32,000 nucleotides of DNA, taken from NCBI GenBank assembly GCA_964514965.1, contig CAZETV010000002.1, forward strand, positions 60,001 through 92,000, given 5' to 3'. The position numbers and the translations under genes were made by a program. Positions 1 to 8,484 of the stretch are shown here, piece after piece. The stretch's first letter is position 1. Each line of letters opens with the position of its first letter. Under the pieces are notes generated by a model, which worked only from the letters and a program-made list of their open reading frames with translations, ran no database searches and was not told where the DNA came from. Source of the stretch: Candidatus Hadarchaeota archaeon. Its GTDB lineage: Archaea > Hadarchaeota > Hadarchaeia > Hadarchaeales > Hadarchaeaceae.

Positions 1-227
1 TTTCTGTTCCGATTACCGACTTCTGGCGTGACGAGGTAACACTAATGACTTCATACGGCGCGGGGCCCGGGGATATCAAAGACGCACTGAAACTGATTAG
101 CGAGCATAAGGCGAATATTCACGAGATGATCACCCACCGGTTAAGTTTGGGTGAAGCGGGTCTGGGCTTCAAGCTTGTCGCCGACGCGGGAGAATCTCTG
201 AAAGTGATCATCGAGCCGCAGAGATGA
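1..227 (+). CDS. C-terminal fragment of a medium-chain (zinc-type) alcohol/threonine dehydrogenase family protein; the 5' end lies outside the window
   Basis: Frame 3 is open from nt 3 (SVPITDFWRDEVTLMTSYGAGPGD...SLKVIIEPQR*). The tail resembles the C-terminal end of MDR dehydrogenases. Confidence 0.55.
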   Translation, partial: SVPITDFWRDEVTLMTSYGAGPGDIKDALKLISEHKANIHEMITHRLSLGEAGLGFKLVADAGESLKVIIEPQR

Positions 228-990
228 TATCGCCCAAGGACTTGCAAACATAGCTGAAATCTGCGCTGGGGTCAAGACCGGGCTTGTATTCTAGGCACGT
301 TAGCCCTTTGAATTTCTCCCGAATAATTTTCAGAACTGGGGCAAAGTTTATGGACCCCTGTCCTAGAGGTCTCGAGTTGGTATCACGTAGCTGAAGTTCT
401 GATATTTTCACGAGGTATTCATTTACAACTCCTACGACATCTTCCCCATTGCTGTGAATGTGCATGGTATCTGCCATCAGTCGTACGTGCTCCGAACCCA
501 CATCTTGAACTAGCCGATAGATTTCAGACACGCTTGGGAGAAAAGTGGTCCTCTCCCTGCCTAATGGTTCGATGGAGGTCAGGATGTTAAATTCCTCGCT
601 GAGCTTGCCAAAATGTTTGAATAGTTCAACGCATCTTTCCCTCGGATTTTCGATTCTCGGTTCTTCGTAGGTGATGGTGGTCACAACATTCTGTGCCCCA
701 ACTTTAGAGGCTATTTTTATTGTTTCTTCCACATGGCGTATAGCGAGTTTCTGATCCTTTTCTTTCGCACTTAGCATTCGTAGGTCATGTAGCAGAAATG
801 CTTGGACAGACATGATGGGAGTTTTAAAATTCGGCAATATTTCTAAAACACTCTTTAATCGCTTTTCATCAAAACCGTCGTTGACCAATTCCAACCACAT
901 TTTACGCGATTCTAATATTCTCAATTTATCTTCTAATGTGTCTCCAGGAACCACGAATTCAACACATCCCCAAGTCACACGTCTCACCAT
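208..990 (-). CDS. Sugar phosphate isomerase/epimerase-like protein (xylose isomerase-like TIM barrel)
   Basis: 260-aa ORF with alternating beta/alpha pattern and metal-ligand-like motifs (SIEPLGRE, HVRLMADTMHIH, LQLRD). Assignment is by general resemblance only. Confidence 0.45.
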   Translation of the reverse strand: MVRRVTWGCVEFVVPGDTLEDKLRILESRKMWLELVNDGFDEKRLKSVLEILPNFKTPIMSVQAFLLHDLRMLSAKEKDQKLAIRHVEETIKIASKVGAQNVVTTITYEEPRIENPRERCVELFKHFGKLSEEFNILTSIEPLGRERTTFLPSVSEIYRLVQDVGSEHVRLMADTMHIHSNGEDVVGVVNEYLVKISELQLRDTNSRPLGQGSINFAPVLKIIREKFKGLTCLEYKPGLDPSADFSYVCKSLGDIISAAR

Positions 991-1066
991 TACGAATAGT
1001 GTGCCTAAGTTATAATTTGGTTAAAATTTATAAGTAGATTGATAATTTTCAGGGGGGTAAGTCAAG

Positions 1067-1735
1067 ATGGTTCTTAAAATAAGCAAGGGTCTGGTGGAGC
1101 GCTTCCCCGGGCTGCAAGTTTTGGTTGTGCATGTTAACGGGGCAAGGGTTGAAAAAGAAAAAGTCGAGTTGCAGCAGTTCAAAGAAGAGGTAGTTGAAGA
1201 GATGAAGCAGACATACGACCTTGCAACGGTAAAAGATGTTCCAATTTTCAGGGCGTACAGGGACTTCTTTTGGCGCATCGGCATCGACCCAACGAAAAAC
1301 AGACCCGCAGCTGAGGCGCTCATCCGAAGAGTTCTGGCCGGAAAGCCGTTACCCAACATAAACACGCTCGTTGATGCGTATAATTTAGCCTCGATCAAAA
1401 CATGCATCGCGATAGGCGCATTTGACGCGAGCCGCATCCGTGGGAACCTTGCGCTACGGCTGGCGCGCAAGGGTGAGGAATTTACAGGTATAGGTATGGA
1501 AAAACCAATGGTGCTTGATGGCAAAGAAGCGGTAGTGTCAGATTCAGAGAAGTTAATCGCGGTCTACCCATATCGAGATGCCGATGATACAAAGGTGACC
1601 TTATTGACGAGAGACGTTCTTCTGCTCATCTGTGGGGCTCCGAGGATATATGAAGAGGTACTGAAAAACGCTGGGCGAACCACAGTCGGCTATATAACAA
1701 GATTTTGTGGTGGTGAAGGGGGAACTGAAACTTGA
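1067..1735 (+). CDS. Stand-alone B3/B4 (PheRS-beta-like tRNA-binding) domain protein
   Basis: Motifs FRAYRDFFWRIGIDPTKNRPAAEALIRRVLAGKPLPNINTLVDAYNLASI...AIGAFD are typical of solo B3/4 domain proteins. The stop overlaps the start of the next gene by 4 nt. Confidence 0.6.
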   Translation: MVLKISKGLVERFPGLQVLVVHVNGARVEKEKVELQQFKEEVVEEMKQTYDLATVKDVPIFRAYRDFFWRIGIDPTKNRPAAEALIRRVLAGKPLPNINTLVDAYNLASIKTCIAIGAFDASRIRGNLALRLARKGEEFTGIGMEKPMVLDGKEAVVSDSEKLIAVYPYRDADDTKVTLLTRDVLLLICGAPRIYEEVLKNAGRTTVGYITRFCGGEGGTET

Positions 1736-2478
1736 AGCGAGATTTCAAGGCGGTGCTATTCGATTTAGATGAAACTCTCACAGATTCGTCCACTGGCTTG
1801 GACGCAACACATCGCGCGGTGGCGAAGAGTTTGCACAATTACCTCCGTCAACACGGGATCGAGGTGAACGAAACCACCCTGCGTTCGAAGCTCAACATAT
1901 TCGACGACAAAATGAATATCGAAACGAAATACGACAGGGACGAGTGGTGGCCAGAGCTACTCGCCGAACTCGGGTTGAAGCAAGAGGTGCCCCGCCAGAT
2001 AGCAGAGGAGATGACGCGACTTTACTGGACCACATATTCCAACGCGGATACTCCTTACGCAGATGCGGAACCGACTTTGAGTTATCTAAAGCAAAAAGGT
2101 TACAAACTGGGCCTCATCACGGACACGGATGGAAAGCCGGGGATTAAGAGTGAACGAATAAAACATTTCAGTTTCATCGGGCTTTTCGATGTGGTGGTCA
2201 TTAGTGGTGAAGACACCTCTGAAACGAAGACTAGCCCGGAGCCATTTTTATTTGCCGCGTCAAAGCTGGGTTTGCCCGCGAGCAAATGCGTTTTTGTCGG
2301 AGATAAGCCTTTCACCGACATCAAAGGCGCAAAAGCTGCTGGCATGTGGACTATTTTAGTGAATCGAAGGGATTGGGGCATAGGCGAGCGAGCAGATTTC
2401 ATCGTCAATTCTTTGGCTGAAATTCCCCGTATACTAGATGCAAATAGAAAATTTTATAACAAAAACATGCCACCTTGA
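1732..2478 (+). CDS. HAD-superfamily hydrolase
   Basis: Motif I is FDLDETLTD (DxDxT). The C-terminal motif is FVGDKPFTDIKGAKAAGMWTILV. Confidence 0.8.
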   Translation: MKRDFKAVLFDLDETLTDSSTGLDATHRAVAKSLHNYLRQHGIEVNETTLRSKLNIFDDKMNIETKYDRDEWWPELLAELGLKQEVPRQIAEEMTRLYWTTYSNADTPYADAEPTLSYLKQKGYKLGLITDTDGKPGIKSERIKHFSFIGLFDVVVISGEDTSETKTSPEPFLFAASKLGLPASKCVFVGDKPFTDIKGAKAAGMWTILVNRRDWGIGERADFIVNSLAEIPRILDANRKFYNKNMPP

Positions 2479-2481
2479 ATC

Positions 2482-3570
2482 ATGCACAAAAAAATTTTGA
2501 GATATCCGACCGAGCCTCTTGAGGTCTGGCCGGAACGAAAAGTCAGCGAACTAACAAAAGGGATGTTGGAAACAGGATTTCAGGGAAAAAAGTTGGCCGA
2601 GACGGTTGAAGTCTGGGCTGGAATGCTTCGGAAGAAAAATGTTGTGATCTGGCTCGGTTTGTCGGGAGCTATGGTTCCCGCAGGAATGAGACGGCTTGTA
2701 TCTTACTTAATCAAGCGGCGCATGGTCGATGCCGTGGTCAGCACCGGAGCAAATCTCTATCACGATGCCTACGAAGCCAAGGGAAAGAAACACTATGTCG
2801 GTACCCACCTGATTGACGATGTGAAGTTAAGGAGATACAAAGTGGATAGAATTTACGACATCTTCGCGGACGAAGATGGATTTTACAAGTTCGATAATTG
2901 GGTAGAGAAGAGTTTTGCATATGGCTTGAAAGATAACTACCCTTACTCCTCCCGTGAACTCATGTTTCTTCTCGGAAAAACCTTGAGTAAAGTTGGTAGA
3001 GAAAAGGACTCAATTTTGGTGAGTGCGTATCGTAAGGGGGTCCCAATATTTTCCCCGGCCCTGAACGATAGCGCCCTCGGTTTTTCGATAATGTTCGCCA
3101 ATCGAAGAGGCCGTAGGGTGAAGACGGGGAAGACTGCCCGCTACCTCCGCAAAAAAATATTGATTGACGCGCTCAAAGATGTAGAGGAGAGCTCCCGCAT
3201 CACTGAAAAAGCAAAACTAACTGGCGTGGTCTATCTTGGGGGCGGAACACCCAAGAATTTCATCCAGCAGACGGCGGTCATAGCCAGCTATCAGACCCGT
3301 CATGACCGTAGCCACAACTACGCAATCCAGATAACGACGGACTCTCCACATTGGGGCGGACTATCGGGTTGCACTTTCGAAGAAGCGCAATCTTGGGGGA
3401 AGGTAAATCAGCATGCGGGAAAGGTAATGTGTTTTTCGGACGTGACGATCGCCTTGCCGATCATCGTACATGCGCTCAGCGAGAAGTTCAAGCGGTTGAC
3501 GAGGGAAGTGCCGGTTTTCAATTGGAACAAAGATGGCGTGGACATAACTTACGAGAAAATGAGGCTGTAA
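2482..3570 (+). CDS. dys: Deoxyhypusine synthase
   Basis: GLSGAMVPAGMRRLVSYLIKRRMVDAVVSTGANLYHD, VYLGGGTPKNFIQQ and PHWGGLSGCTFEEAQSWGK are characteristic DHS motifs. Confidence 0.9.
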   Translation: MHKKILRYPTEPLEVWPERKVSELTKGMLETGFQGKKLAETVEVWAGMLRKKNVVIWLGLSGAMVPAGMRRLVSYLIKRRMVDAVVSTGANLYHDAYEAKGKKHYVGTHLIDDVKLRRYKVDRIYDIFADEDGFYKFDNWVEKSFAYGLKDNYPYSSRELMFLLGKTLSKVGREKDSILVSAYRKGVPIFSPALNDSALGFSIMFANRRGRRVKTGKTARYLRKKILIDALKDVEESSRITEKAKLTGVVYLGGGTPKNFIQQTAVIASYQTRHDRSHNYAIQITTDSPHWGGLSGCTFEEAQSWGKVNQHAGKVMCFSDVTIALPIIVHALSEKFKRLTREVPVFNWNKDGVDITYEKMRL

Positions 3571-3708
3571 CATAAACTGAAAACCATAAGTATTTCTATT
3601 TTTACTTATGCTGGATGTCTAAAAGGAATTAGGCTATATTTATGTAAAAGCCAAAGTAGACCAGAATCTTTAAGAACTACATGGAAACTATTTTTAAATG
3701 AAAGTTTT

Positions 3709-3840
3709 ATGGCTAAGAAAAAGAAAGGCGTTGCCGAAAAAAGCGGCGAAGTTGCAGGCAAGGGTATGCAAAAAGGCTGGAGCATTGCTAAAGGTTTTGG
3801 GAAAGGGTTAAAGAAAGGCTTAAAGAAAAAGAAAAAATAA
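3709..3840 (+). CDS. Possible 43-aa Lys/Gly-rich basic micro-protein (not in the ORF track)
   Basis: Hand translation gives MAKKKKGVAEKSGEVAGKGMQKGWSIAKGFGKGLKKGLKKKKK*. The opposite-strand 82-aa Phe-rich ORF (3606..3854) looks like its antisense shadow. Confidence 0.25.
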   Translation: MAKKKKGVAEKSGEVAGKGMQKGWSIAKGFGKGLKKGLKKKKK

Positions 3841-3899
3841 AAACCGCTCGGCAAGTCAAATAAGCGTCGGGAAGCATTCGCAAATTAGACCTTTTGCCA

Positions 3900-4427
3900 T
3901 CAATGGAGCCCATATCCTCCGGTTATCGGGTCCTGAAAAATCGGCAAGTGAAGCGGATAAAAAGTGAAAATTACGAATAACACGGCTAAAAGAATTAAAG
4001 CGACCAGGAAAATTTTACCCCACGTTTTAGGAAATTTTTTTGAAATCAACAACTTATAACTCACAAATTGGCCTATTACGACGGCGATGACGAAAGTAAG
4101 AATATCAATTGCAAACACACTTTCCCCGAGAATGGCCGTGTAAGAATAGAAGAGAACTGCTATGATTGTCGGCATTAAATAGATGCCAACCCCTTTCGCA
4201 AATAAAAAGTTCTGATTTGCTTTCAAGGGTCTGTATTCTATAATGGCGAAAAACAATGCCGGCCAAAAAGCCAGTTTCAGATGCTCCCACACGCTTTCGT
4301 TTACAGACGAAAATATCCCGACAACTGCCTGATGGTCTGACAACTCGAAAGTGAAATGTAGCAAACTCCCTAAGATTATTATAAAAACTATTCCCGCCAA
4401 CTCATAGACTAAAACAATCCTTTTCAT
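3900..4427 (-). CDS. Integral membrane protein, about 5 TM segments, function unknown
   Basis: 175-aa hydrophobic ORF in an AT-rich patch, with a conserved-looking N-terminal segment (LLHFTFELS...VNESVWEHLKLAFWP). Confidence 0.6.
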   Translation of the reverse strand: MKRIVLVYELAGIVFIIILGSLLHFTFELSDHQAVVGIFSSVNESVWEHLKLAFWPALFFAIIEYRPLKANQNFLFAKGVGIYLMPTIIAVLFYSYTAILGESVFAIDILTFVIAVVIGQFVSYKLLISKKFPKTWGKIFLVALILLAVLFVIFTFYPLHLPIFQDPITGGYGLH

Positions 4428-4553
4428 GATTAAACTCTCGAAATATGCTCCAGATTATTATATGCTTTCCAAGTAATTTAAATTTTGCAATAGAAGCACC
4501 GGAGAAAGTTCCCAACAAACAGCTCTTTGGCCGCACCAATTTGGGCCACGGCT

Positions 4554-5360
4554 TTACCGTCTTCGAAAAGCTGAGAGTATCCAAAAGAACAGTAAAATAG
4601 TGAAGAAAGACGACCCCCCGAAAAACACTCCGCCTCCATCGCTCGGAGCCGACGCCTTGGACTCACCCGCTGCGTGGACGTTTTCATAGTCAATCTCGTA
4701 CACGGCGAGGTCGGAACGCATCAACTTGGAAGGAGTCCACCCGAGCGGGTTCGTCCGCCCCGTGGCCTCGGCCCATATCCAGCCGCTCTTGCCATCAAGG
4801 CTCCAGTAGGCGTTCGCGCCTGGGTAGTCAGGCAGGTAAACGAGCGCTGCGGCGTGTTCTGGGGCAAGCACCACGGCCGATTGGAGACCAGCTGCTTTGA
4901 ACATCACCGCAAGTAGGACAGCATAGTCCTCGCAATCGCCGCGGGAAGAGCCAGCTGATTCGATGTCCTTGGCCATCTCGTCGGCGTTAATTGCAAAATC
5001 ATCGTAGCCGAACTGAACCGCGTCAGAGGTGTAGGTCACATTGTCTCGAGCATAGGTGAAGATTCGCTCTGCAAGCTCGTTTTTATCCGAGTACTCATTT
5101 TTAAACCTCTCGCCGACCGCCCATGCAATGTCTGTAAGCTGGAGGTTCTCTCCTATGCTCTCGAACGCGATTGCCGGACGGAAAGTCGAATCGGTGACTT
5201 GAAAGAACCCATTATCCCCCCAGCTCCTGGTCCGGCAGATGTTCCAGTTGTCATACACCTCCCCGTTTCTCTCGGAGTAGCTCGACGGATTTGCGAAGCA
5301 AGAACCTGCTGAGGCAAGCAATGTTAGCATCAGGAGCCCGACCAATGCGAGCTTTTTCAT
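4554..5360 (-). CDS. Secreted transglutaminase-like cysteine peptidase-fold protein with a C-terminal membrane anchor
   Basis: N-terminal signal peptide MKKLALVGLLMLTLLASAGSC. Transglutaminase-core-like motif RGDCEDYAVLLAVMFKAAGL. C-terminal Gly-rich linker, TM helix and RRR tail (GGGVFFGGSSFFTILLFFWILSAFRRR). Confidence 0.55.
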   Translation of the reverse strand: MKKLALVGLLMLTLLASAGSCFANPSSYSERNGEVYDNWNICRTRSWGDNGFFQVTDSTFRPAIAFESIGENLQLTDIAWAVGERFKNEYSDKNELAERIFTYARDNVTYTSDAVQFGYDDFAINADEMAKDIESAGSSRGDCEDYAVLLAVMFKAAGLQSAVVLAPEHAAALVYLPDYPGANAYWSLDGKSGWIWAEATGRTNPLGWTPSKLMRSDLAVYEIDYENVHAAGESKASAPSDGGGVFFGGSSFFTILLFFWILSAFRRR

Positions 5361-5368
5361 TAGAACAC

Positions 5369-5842
5369 CTAGATGGCGGCTGCGAAAGCGGCGTGGGTGA
5401 TGAGCCCTAGGAAGACGAAGTAGCCGAGGACGTAGAGCCCGGTCCCCAAGGAGCTTTCGCGAAGGCGGCTGAAGGGTATCTTGGGAGTCAGCCGGTCGAG
5501 AAGGTTGAACATCCCGACGGCGAGGAGCAGGCTAATGGCGAAGGCGACGATAATCAACCCGAGCCTCCGCATGATCAAGTCCAAGTCAAACGACCCTCCG
5601 GGAAGTGTGGTCACGGCGCCGTGAATCACCAGCCCGATGTAGACGAGGAAGCCCGAGATGAACATGCCCACCGAGCGCGGGTCCTTCCCCATCAACTCCC
5701 GCTCGTGGATTCGCGGGGTCAGGGCATCGAGCACCCGCAGGCCCAGCCACCCCAGGAAAAAGCATATCAGCGTGAAGAAGACTACCTTGACGACCCAATA
5801 CGCCACGAGTTCCCAGAATTCCACTCCAACACCAACCTTCAT
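5369..5842 (-). CDS. DUF350-like membrane protein with an internal duplication
   Basis: Two related halves: LDALTPRIHERELMGKDPRSVGMFISGFLVYIGLVIHGAV and LDRLTPKIPFSRLRESSLGTGLYVLGYFVFLGLITHAAF. Confidence 0.55.
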   Translation of the reverse strand: MKVGVGVEFWELVAYWVVKVVFFTLICFFLGWLGLRVLDALTPRIHERELMGKDPRSVGMFISGFLVYIGLVIHGAVTTLPGGSFDLDLIMRRLGLIIVAFAISLLLAVGMFNLLDRLTPKIPFSRLRESSLGTGLYVLGYFVFLGLITHAAFAAAI

Positions 5843-5898
5843 TACGTGGGAAGCAATAAAAGTGTGCTAGCTGCTCGGGCAACTTTAACCGTCAAGAC

Positions 5899-6153
5899 CT
5901 ACTCGATAAGTTTTACGCTCTTGAGCTTTGAAACCACTTCGGAGACCAAGGGTTTGACGCGCTCTTTCTCGGTCTTGGCCTTTGAGGCAATTTCATCTAT
6001 GACTTCTTCCTCGCTTTTACCATCACAGAGTTGCCATACGGCAGCGGCAATCTCGTCGACGCGAAATCCCTGATTTTTCTCATTGACGAGCGCTATTTCA
6101 CCCTTCTCGGTCCGAACAGCGTTGCCCTTGCGCTTCAACTTTTCTTTTTCCAT
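5899..6153 (-). CDS. PqqD-family (RiPP-recognition-element-like) small protein
   Basis: 84 aa. The pattern ...ALVNEKNQGFRVDEIAAAVWQLCDGKSEEEVIDEIASKAK...VKPLVSEVVSKLKSVKLIE matches the PqqD winged-helix consensus as I remember it. Confidence 0.6.
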   Translation of the reverse strand: MEKEKLKRKGNAVRTEKGEIALVNEKNQGFRVDEIAAAVWQLCDGKSEEEVIDEIASKAKTEKERVKPLVSEVVSKLKSVKLIE

Positions 6154-6276
6154 TTTTACCCAACCGTGTGGGAGAAACGTCTAAGCGAACGCTTAAAAAC
6201 GTTTGGGGTGCTCCGCAACGGCTTTTATCCCCGCTTCTAAAGTCCCTCGCGATGGTCTAAGAATTCAGGTGCCAAC

Positions 6277-6735
6277 ATGATTGTCCTGTTCTGCGGCCCT
6301 CCTGCGTCCGGCAAATCGGCGATAGCTAAGAGGCTCGTGAAGGAGCTGGAGGACTGGAAGCTTATCGTTTCTGACGAGTTCAAGAGAAAAACCTACAAGC
6401 ACATGTTTGTTGAAACTGAAAGGTGGACGGGCAGGGTCAGATATCTAATCTTGGACGGAACTTTCTACATGAAAGAGTGGAGAGACAGAATCAGAGAGAT
6501 TGCTCAGAAGAGGGAGGAGGAAATTTTCACAGTTTATGTTACCTGTTCTTTAGAGACTTGCTTGGAAAGAAACAGACTGAGAAAAGAGCAAATAGAGGAA
6601 AAGGCCGTCAACATTATTTACAACCAGATCGAGAAACCCGAAAAATCAGGTTTATCCCTCGACACGGACGTTTTGAGTGTCGATGAAGCCGTAAGAATGT
6701 TGATGATTGCACTATCCCCCTGCCGTGTTTCTTAA
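6277..6735 (+). CDS. P-loop kinase, KTI12/PSTK-like
   Basis: Walker A is FCGPPASGKS. The remainder (LILDGTFYMKEWRDRIREIA...VYVTCSLETCLERNRLR...IYNQIEKPEK) parallels archaeal PSTK/KTI12-type kinases. Confidence 0.55.
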   Translation: MIVLFCGPPASGKSAIAKRLVKELEDWKLIVSDEFKRKTYKHMFVETERWTGRVRYLILDGTFYMKEWRDRIREIAQKREEEIFTVYVTCSLETCLERNRLRKEQIEEKAVNIIYNQIEKPEKSGLSLDTDVLSVDEAVRMLMIALSPCRVS

Positions 6736-6823
6736 CTTGCGCAACGGGTTCTCCCCATCTGAATTAGGCAAGAATCGGAGTGTAGATAATGGAGTAACTC
6801 AAGCAGGTTTTCCTTTTAGATGA

Positions 6824-7009
6824 TTAACGCCGAAAAAGCTTCAGCTCCCCCACGGAGGTTTCGAAAGTCCCGCATTTCTGGCATTGCAGCTCAGCCCGTC
6901 CCCCCTCTATTCCTACGGTATGCGCAGGCTTACCACAGTAGGGGCAACGCACGGGCCCGTGAAGCAGTTTTGAAATTCTCATTGCAACCCGGACAGACTT
7001 AGAACTCAT
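6824..7009 (-). CDS. Small zinc-ribbon protein
   Basis: 61 aa with CPYCG...x17...CQKCG. A palindromic TTTATAAA sits at 7050-7057, about 44 nt upstream. Confidence 0.5.
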   Translation of the reverse strand: MSSKSVRVAMRISKLLHGPVRCPYCGKPAHTVGIEGGRAELQCQKCGTFETSVGELKLFRR

Positions 7010-7049
7010 ACTCTACACCTTGAACCAAAAAACACACTGTTGTTACAAC

Positions 7050-7057
7050 TTTATAAA
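7050..7057 (-). promoter_or_regulatory. Candidate archaeal TATA box for the zinc-ribbon gene
   Basis: TTTATAAA lies about 44 nt upstream of the start codon at 7009. Confidence 0.3.
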
Positions 7058-7202
7058 TGACACGTTTAACACGTTTTTCTTAAAACCTTAATTTCGTCAC
7101 ACTATCAATGCTGGCTATCGTGAAAACCAAAATTAATAAATGTTGCTCATGGACTTACCGAACAATGGGAAAGCCGAAGATTTTCTTAAGGATAGCCGAA
7201 CT

Positions 7203-7634
7203 TTACTTCTCCGCCTCTTCCTCAAGCGCCCCCGTATGGAGTGTTTCCCATTCTACTTTTCCTTGTTCGACCACGCGCTTGAGCTTTCGTTCGACCGGGC
7301 TCAGAGCTGCAGTTTTACCGGTCTTGACATCGAGAAATATGATTCTTCTTGGCTCCCCCTCCTTGTAGCCATCGAACACCAAATAGTCCACAGGCGAACC
7401 TATGAACCGCGCATCAGCCGGCTCGTGTTTGAACATCGGCAGCAAGGGAGCAAGTTGTTCACCAATCCTGCCTTTAAGCACCGCCCGGCTTCGCTCGAGC
7501 ACCTCTCGCCTGATCCTTTCTTCGAACTCGGCTTTCCATCGTTCGAACTGCACAGCCAGCCGCCCTCGGAGATATGTGTAGGCTAAAAAGATGCCGATCA
7601 AAAGTCCGATGACGAAAACGACTATCTCGATCAT
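7203..7634 (-). CDS. Membrane-anchored Holliday-junction-resolvase-like (PD-(D/E)XK-type) endonuclease family protein
   Basis: N-terminal TM segment (MIEIVVFVIGLLIGIFLAYTY), a coiled linker, then GEQLAPLLPMF...DARFIGSPVDYLVFDG...IIFLDVKTGKTAALSPVERKLKRVVEQGKVEWE. This resembles the 'endonuclease related to archaeal Hjc' family. Confidence 0.5.
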   Translation of the reverse strand: MIEIVVFVIGLLIGIFLAYTYLRGRLAVQFERWKAEFEERIRREVLERSRAVLKGRIGEQLAPLLPMFKHEPADARFIGSPVDYLVFDGYKEGEPRRIIFLDVKTGKTAALSPVERKLKRVVEQGKVEWETLHTGALEEEAEK

Positions 7635-7780
7635 TTGCTCAACCCTTCCCCGCTATTGATTCACGCGGAAGTTAATAGAACCTAATGTTTAGAACTAAGA
7701 CCACATGAATTATTTTACCTAACTCGGCGGCAAGCAAAACAAGTAGCAAATAAATTGATCCCACCTGCATCTTTTTCTCG

Positions 7781-7866
7781 CTTATAAACAACTCCCACGC
7801 AAAGCTTCGGCGGGATGAATGGGGCGAACGCTTTTCCATCGGACGAAAGAGGCGGTAAAAGCTGAG
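7781..7866 (+). repeat. Copy 1 of an 86-nt direct repeat (TATA box plus the first roughly 16 codons, MGRTLFHRTKEAVKAE)
   Basis: Hand alignment to 8485-8570 gives 69/86 identical, and 46/53 over the first 53 nt. Confidence 0.75.
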
Positions 7867-7944
7867 CTCACACGCTCAACACTTGCGCAGAGAGGAGACC
7901 AAAACACTTTTAATTGGTGTAAACAAAAATGTTTACGTGAAAAA

Positions 7945-8166
7945 ATGCCCCAAGTCCAGCTGAGGGTACCTGAGGGAACGCTTGAAGAACTCGATAAATG
8001 GGTAAAAGAAGGTAGATTCAAAAGCCGCAGCGGCGCGATCAAAACCATCATTGCTTTTTACCAAGAGCGGGAACGAGCGCGCAGCTTCTACAAGATGCTA
8101 GTAGAGCGGAGCCGAGAGGCCAAGAAAAAACCAGAACTCCTCATTCCACTAGGGGAATTAGAGTGA
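7945..8166 (+). CDS. Ribbon-helix-helix (CopG-like) antitoxin
   Basis: MPQVQLRVPEGTLEELDKWVKEGRFKSRSGAIKTIIAFY fits the RHH fold pattern. The ORF is open upstream to 7819, but that extension is the repeat-derived remnant. The stop overlaps the toxin GTG start (GTGA). Confidence 0.7.
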   Translation: MPQVQLRVPEGTLEELDKWVKEGRFKSRSGAIKTIIAFYQERERARSFYKMLVERSREAKKKPELLIPLGELE

Positions 8167-8429
8167 GTTTTCAGGTCTTCCTGCATCCCAAGGCGGTGAA
8201 CTCTCTACAAAAGTTAGACAAGCTAATCAGGGGCGAAATAAAAAAGAAGTTGAAGGAGCTGGAAAAGCAGCCCAATTCAGGCAAACGGTTGCGATATTCT
8301 AATTTTTGGGGTTTAAGGGTGGGAGACTTTAGGGTTATCTACGAAATCGATCGTGCCGAAAAAAGAGTGATTGTATTATTCATCGGACACAGGAAAAAAG
8401 TTTACGACGATTTTTCAAGGATATTCTGA
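8163..8429 (+). CDS. RelE/ParE-family toxin
   Basis: 88 aa. KKLKELEKQPNSGKRLRYSNFWGLRVGDFRVIYEIDRAEKRVIVLFIGHRKKVY is the classic RelE/StbE pattern. Confidence 0.8.
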   Translation: MSFQVFLHPKAVNSLQKLDKLIRGEIKKKLKELEKQPNSGKRLRYSNFWGLRVGDFRVIYEIDRAEKRVIVLFIGHRKKVYDDFSRIF

Positions 8430-8484
8430 TTGAGCTGCTGCTAGCACCATAATCTCCGAAGGATCGCCCCCAACCAATTTCCCC

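Noticed and set aside
3606-3854. 82-aa Phe-rich minus-strand ORF
   Set aside because: Poly-Phe/Pro low-complexity translation generated by reading the antisense of a purine/A-rich stretch. The plus-strand Lys/Gly-rich micro-ORF, or non-coding status, is more plausible.
4554-6153. Lasso-peptide or other RiPP biosynthetic cluster
   Set aside because: No lasso cyclase (Asn-synthetase-like), no precursor ORF and no adjacent maturase were seen. The transglutaminase-like protein is predicted to be secreted.
7819-7944. N-terminal 42-aa extension of the RHH antitoxin ORF
   Set aside because: Only its first roughly 16 codons match the repeat shared with gene 8523..8834, and the rest has no similarity. 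The RHH fold begins at the internal Met (7945). I treat the extension as a remnant of a duplicated gene start, although a fusion protein cannot be excluded.
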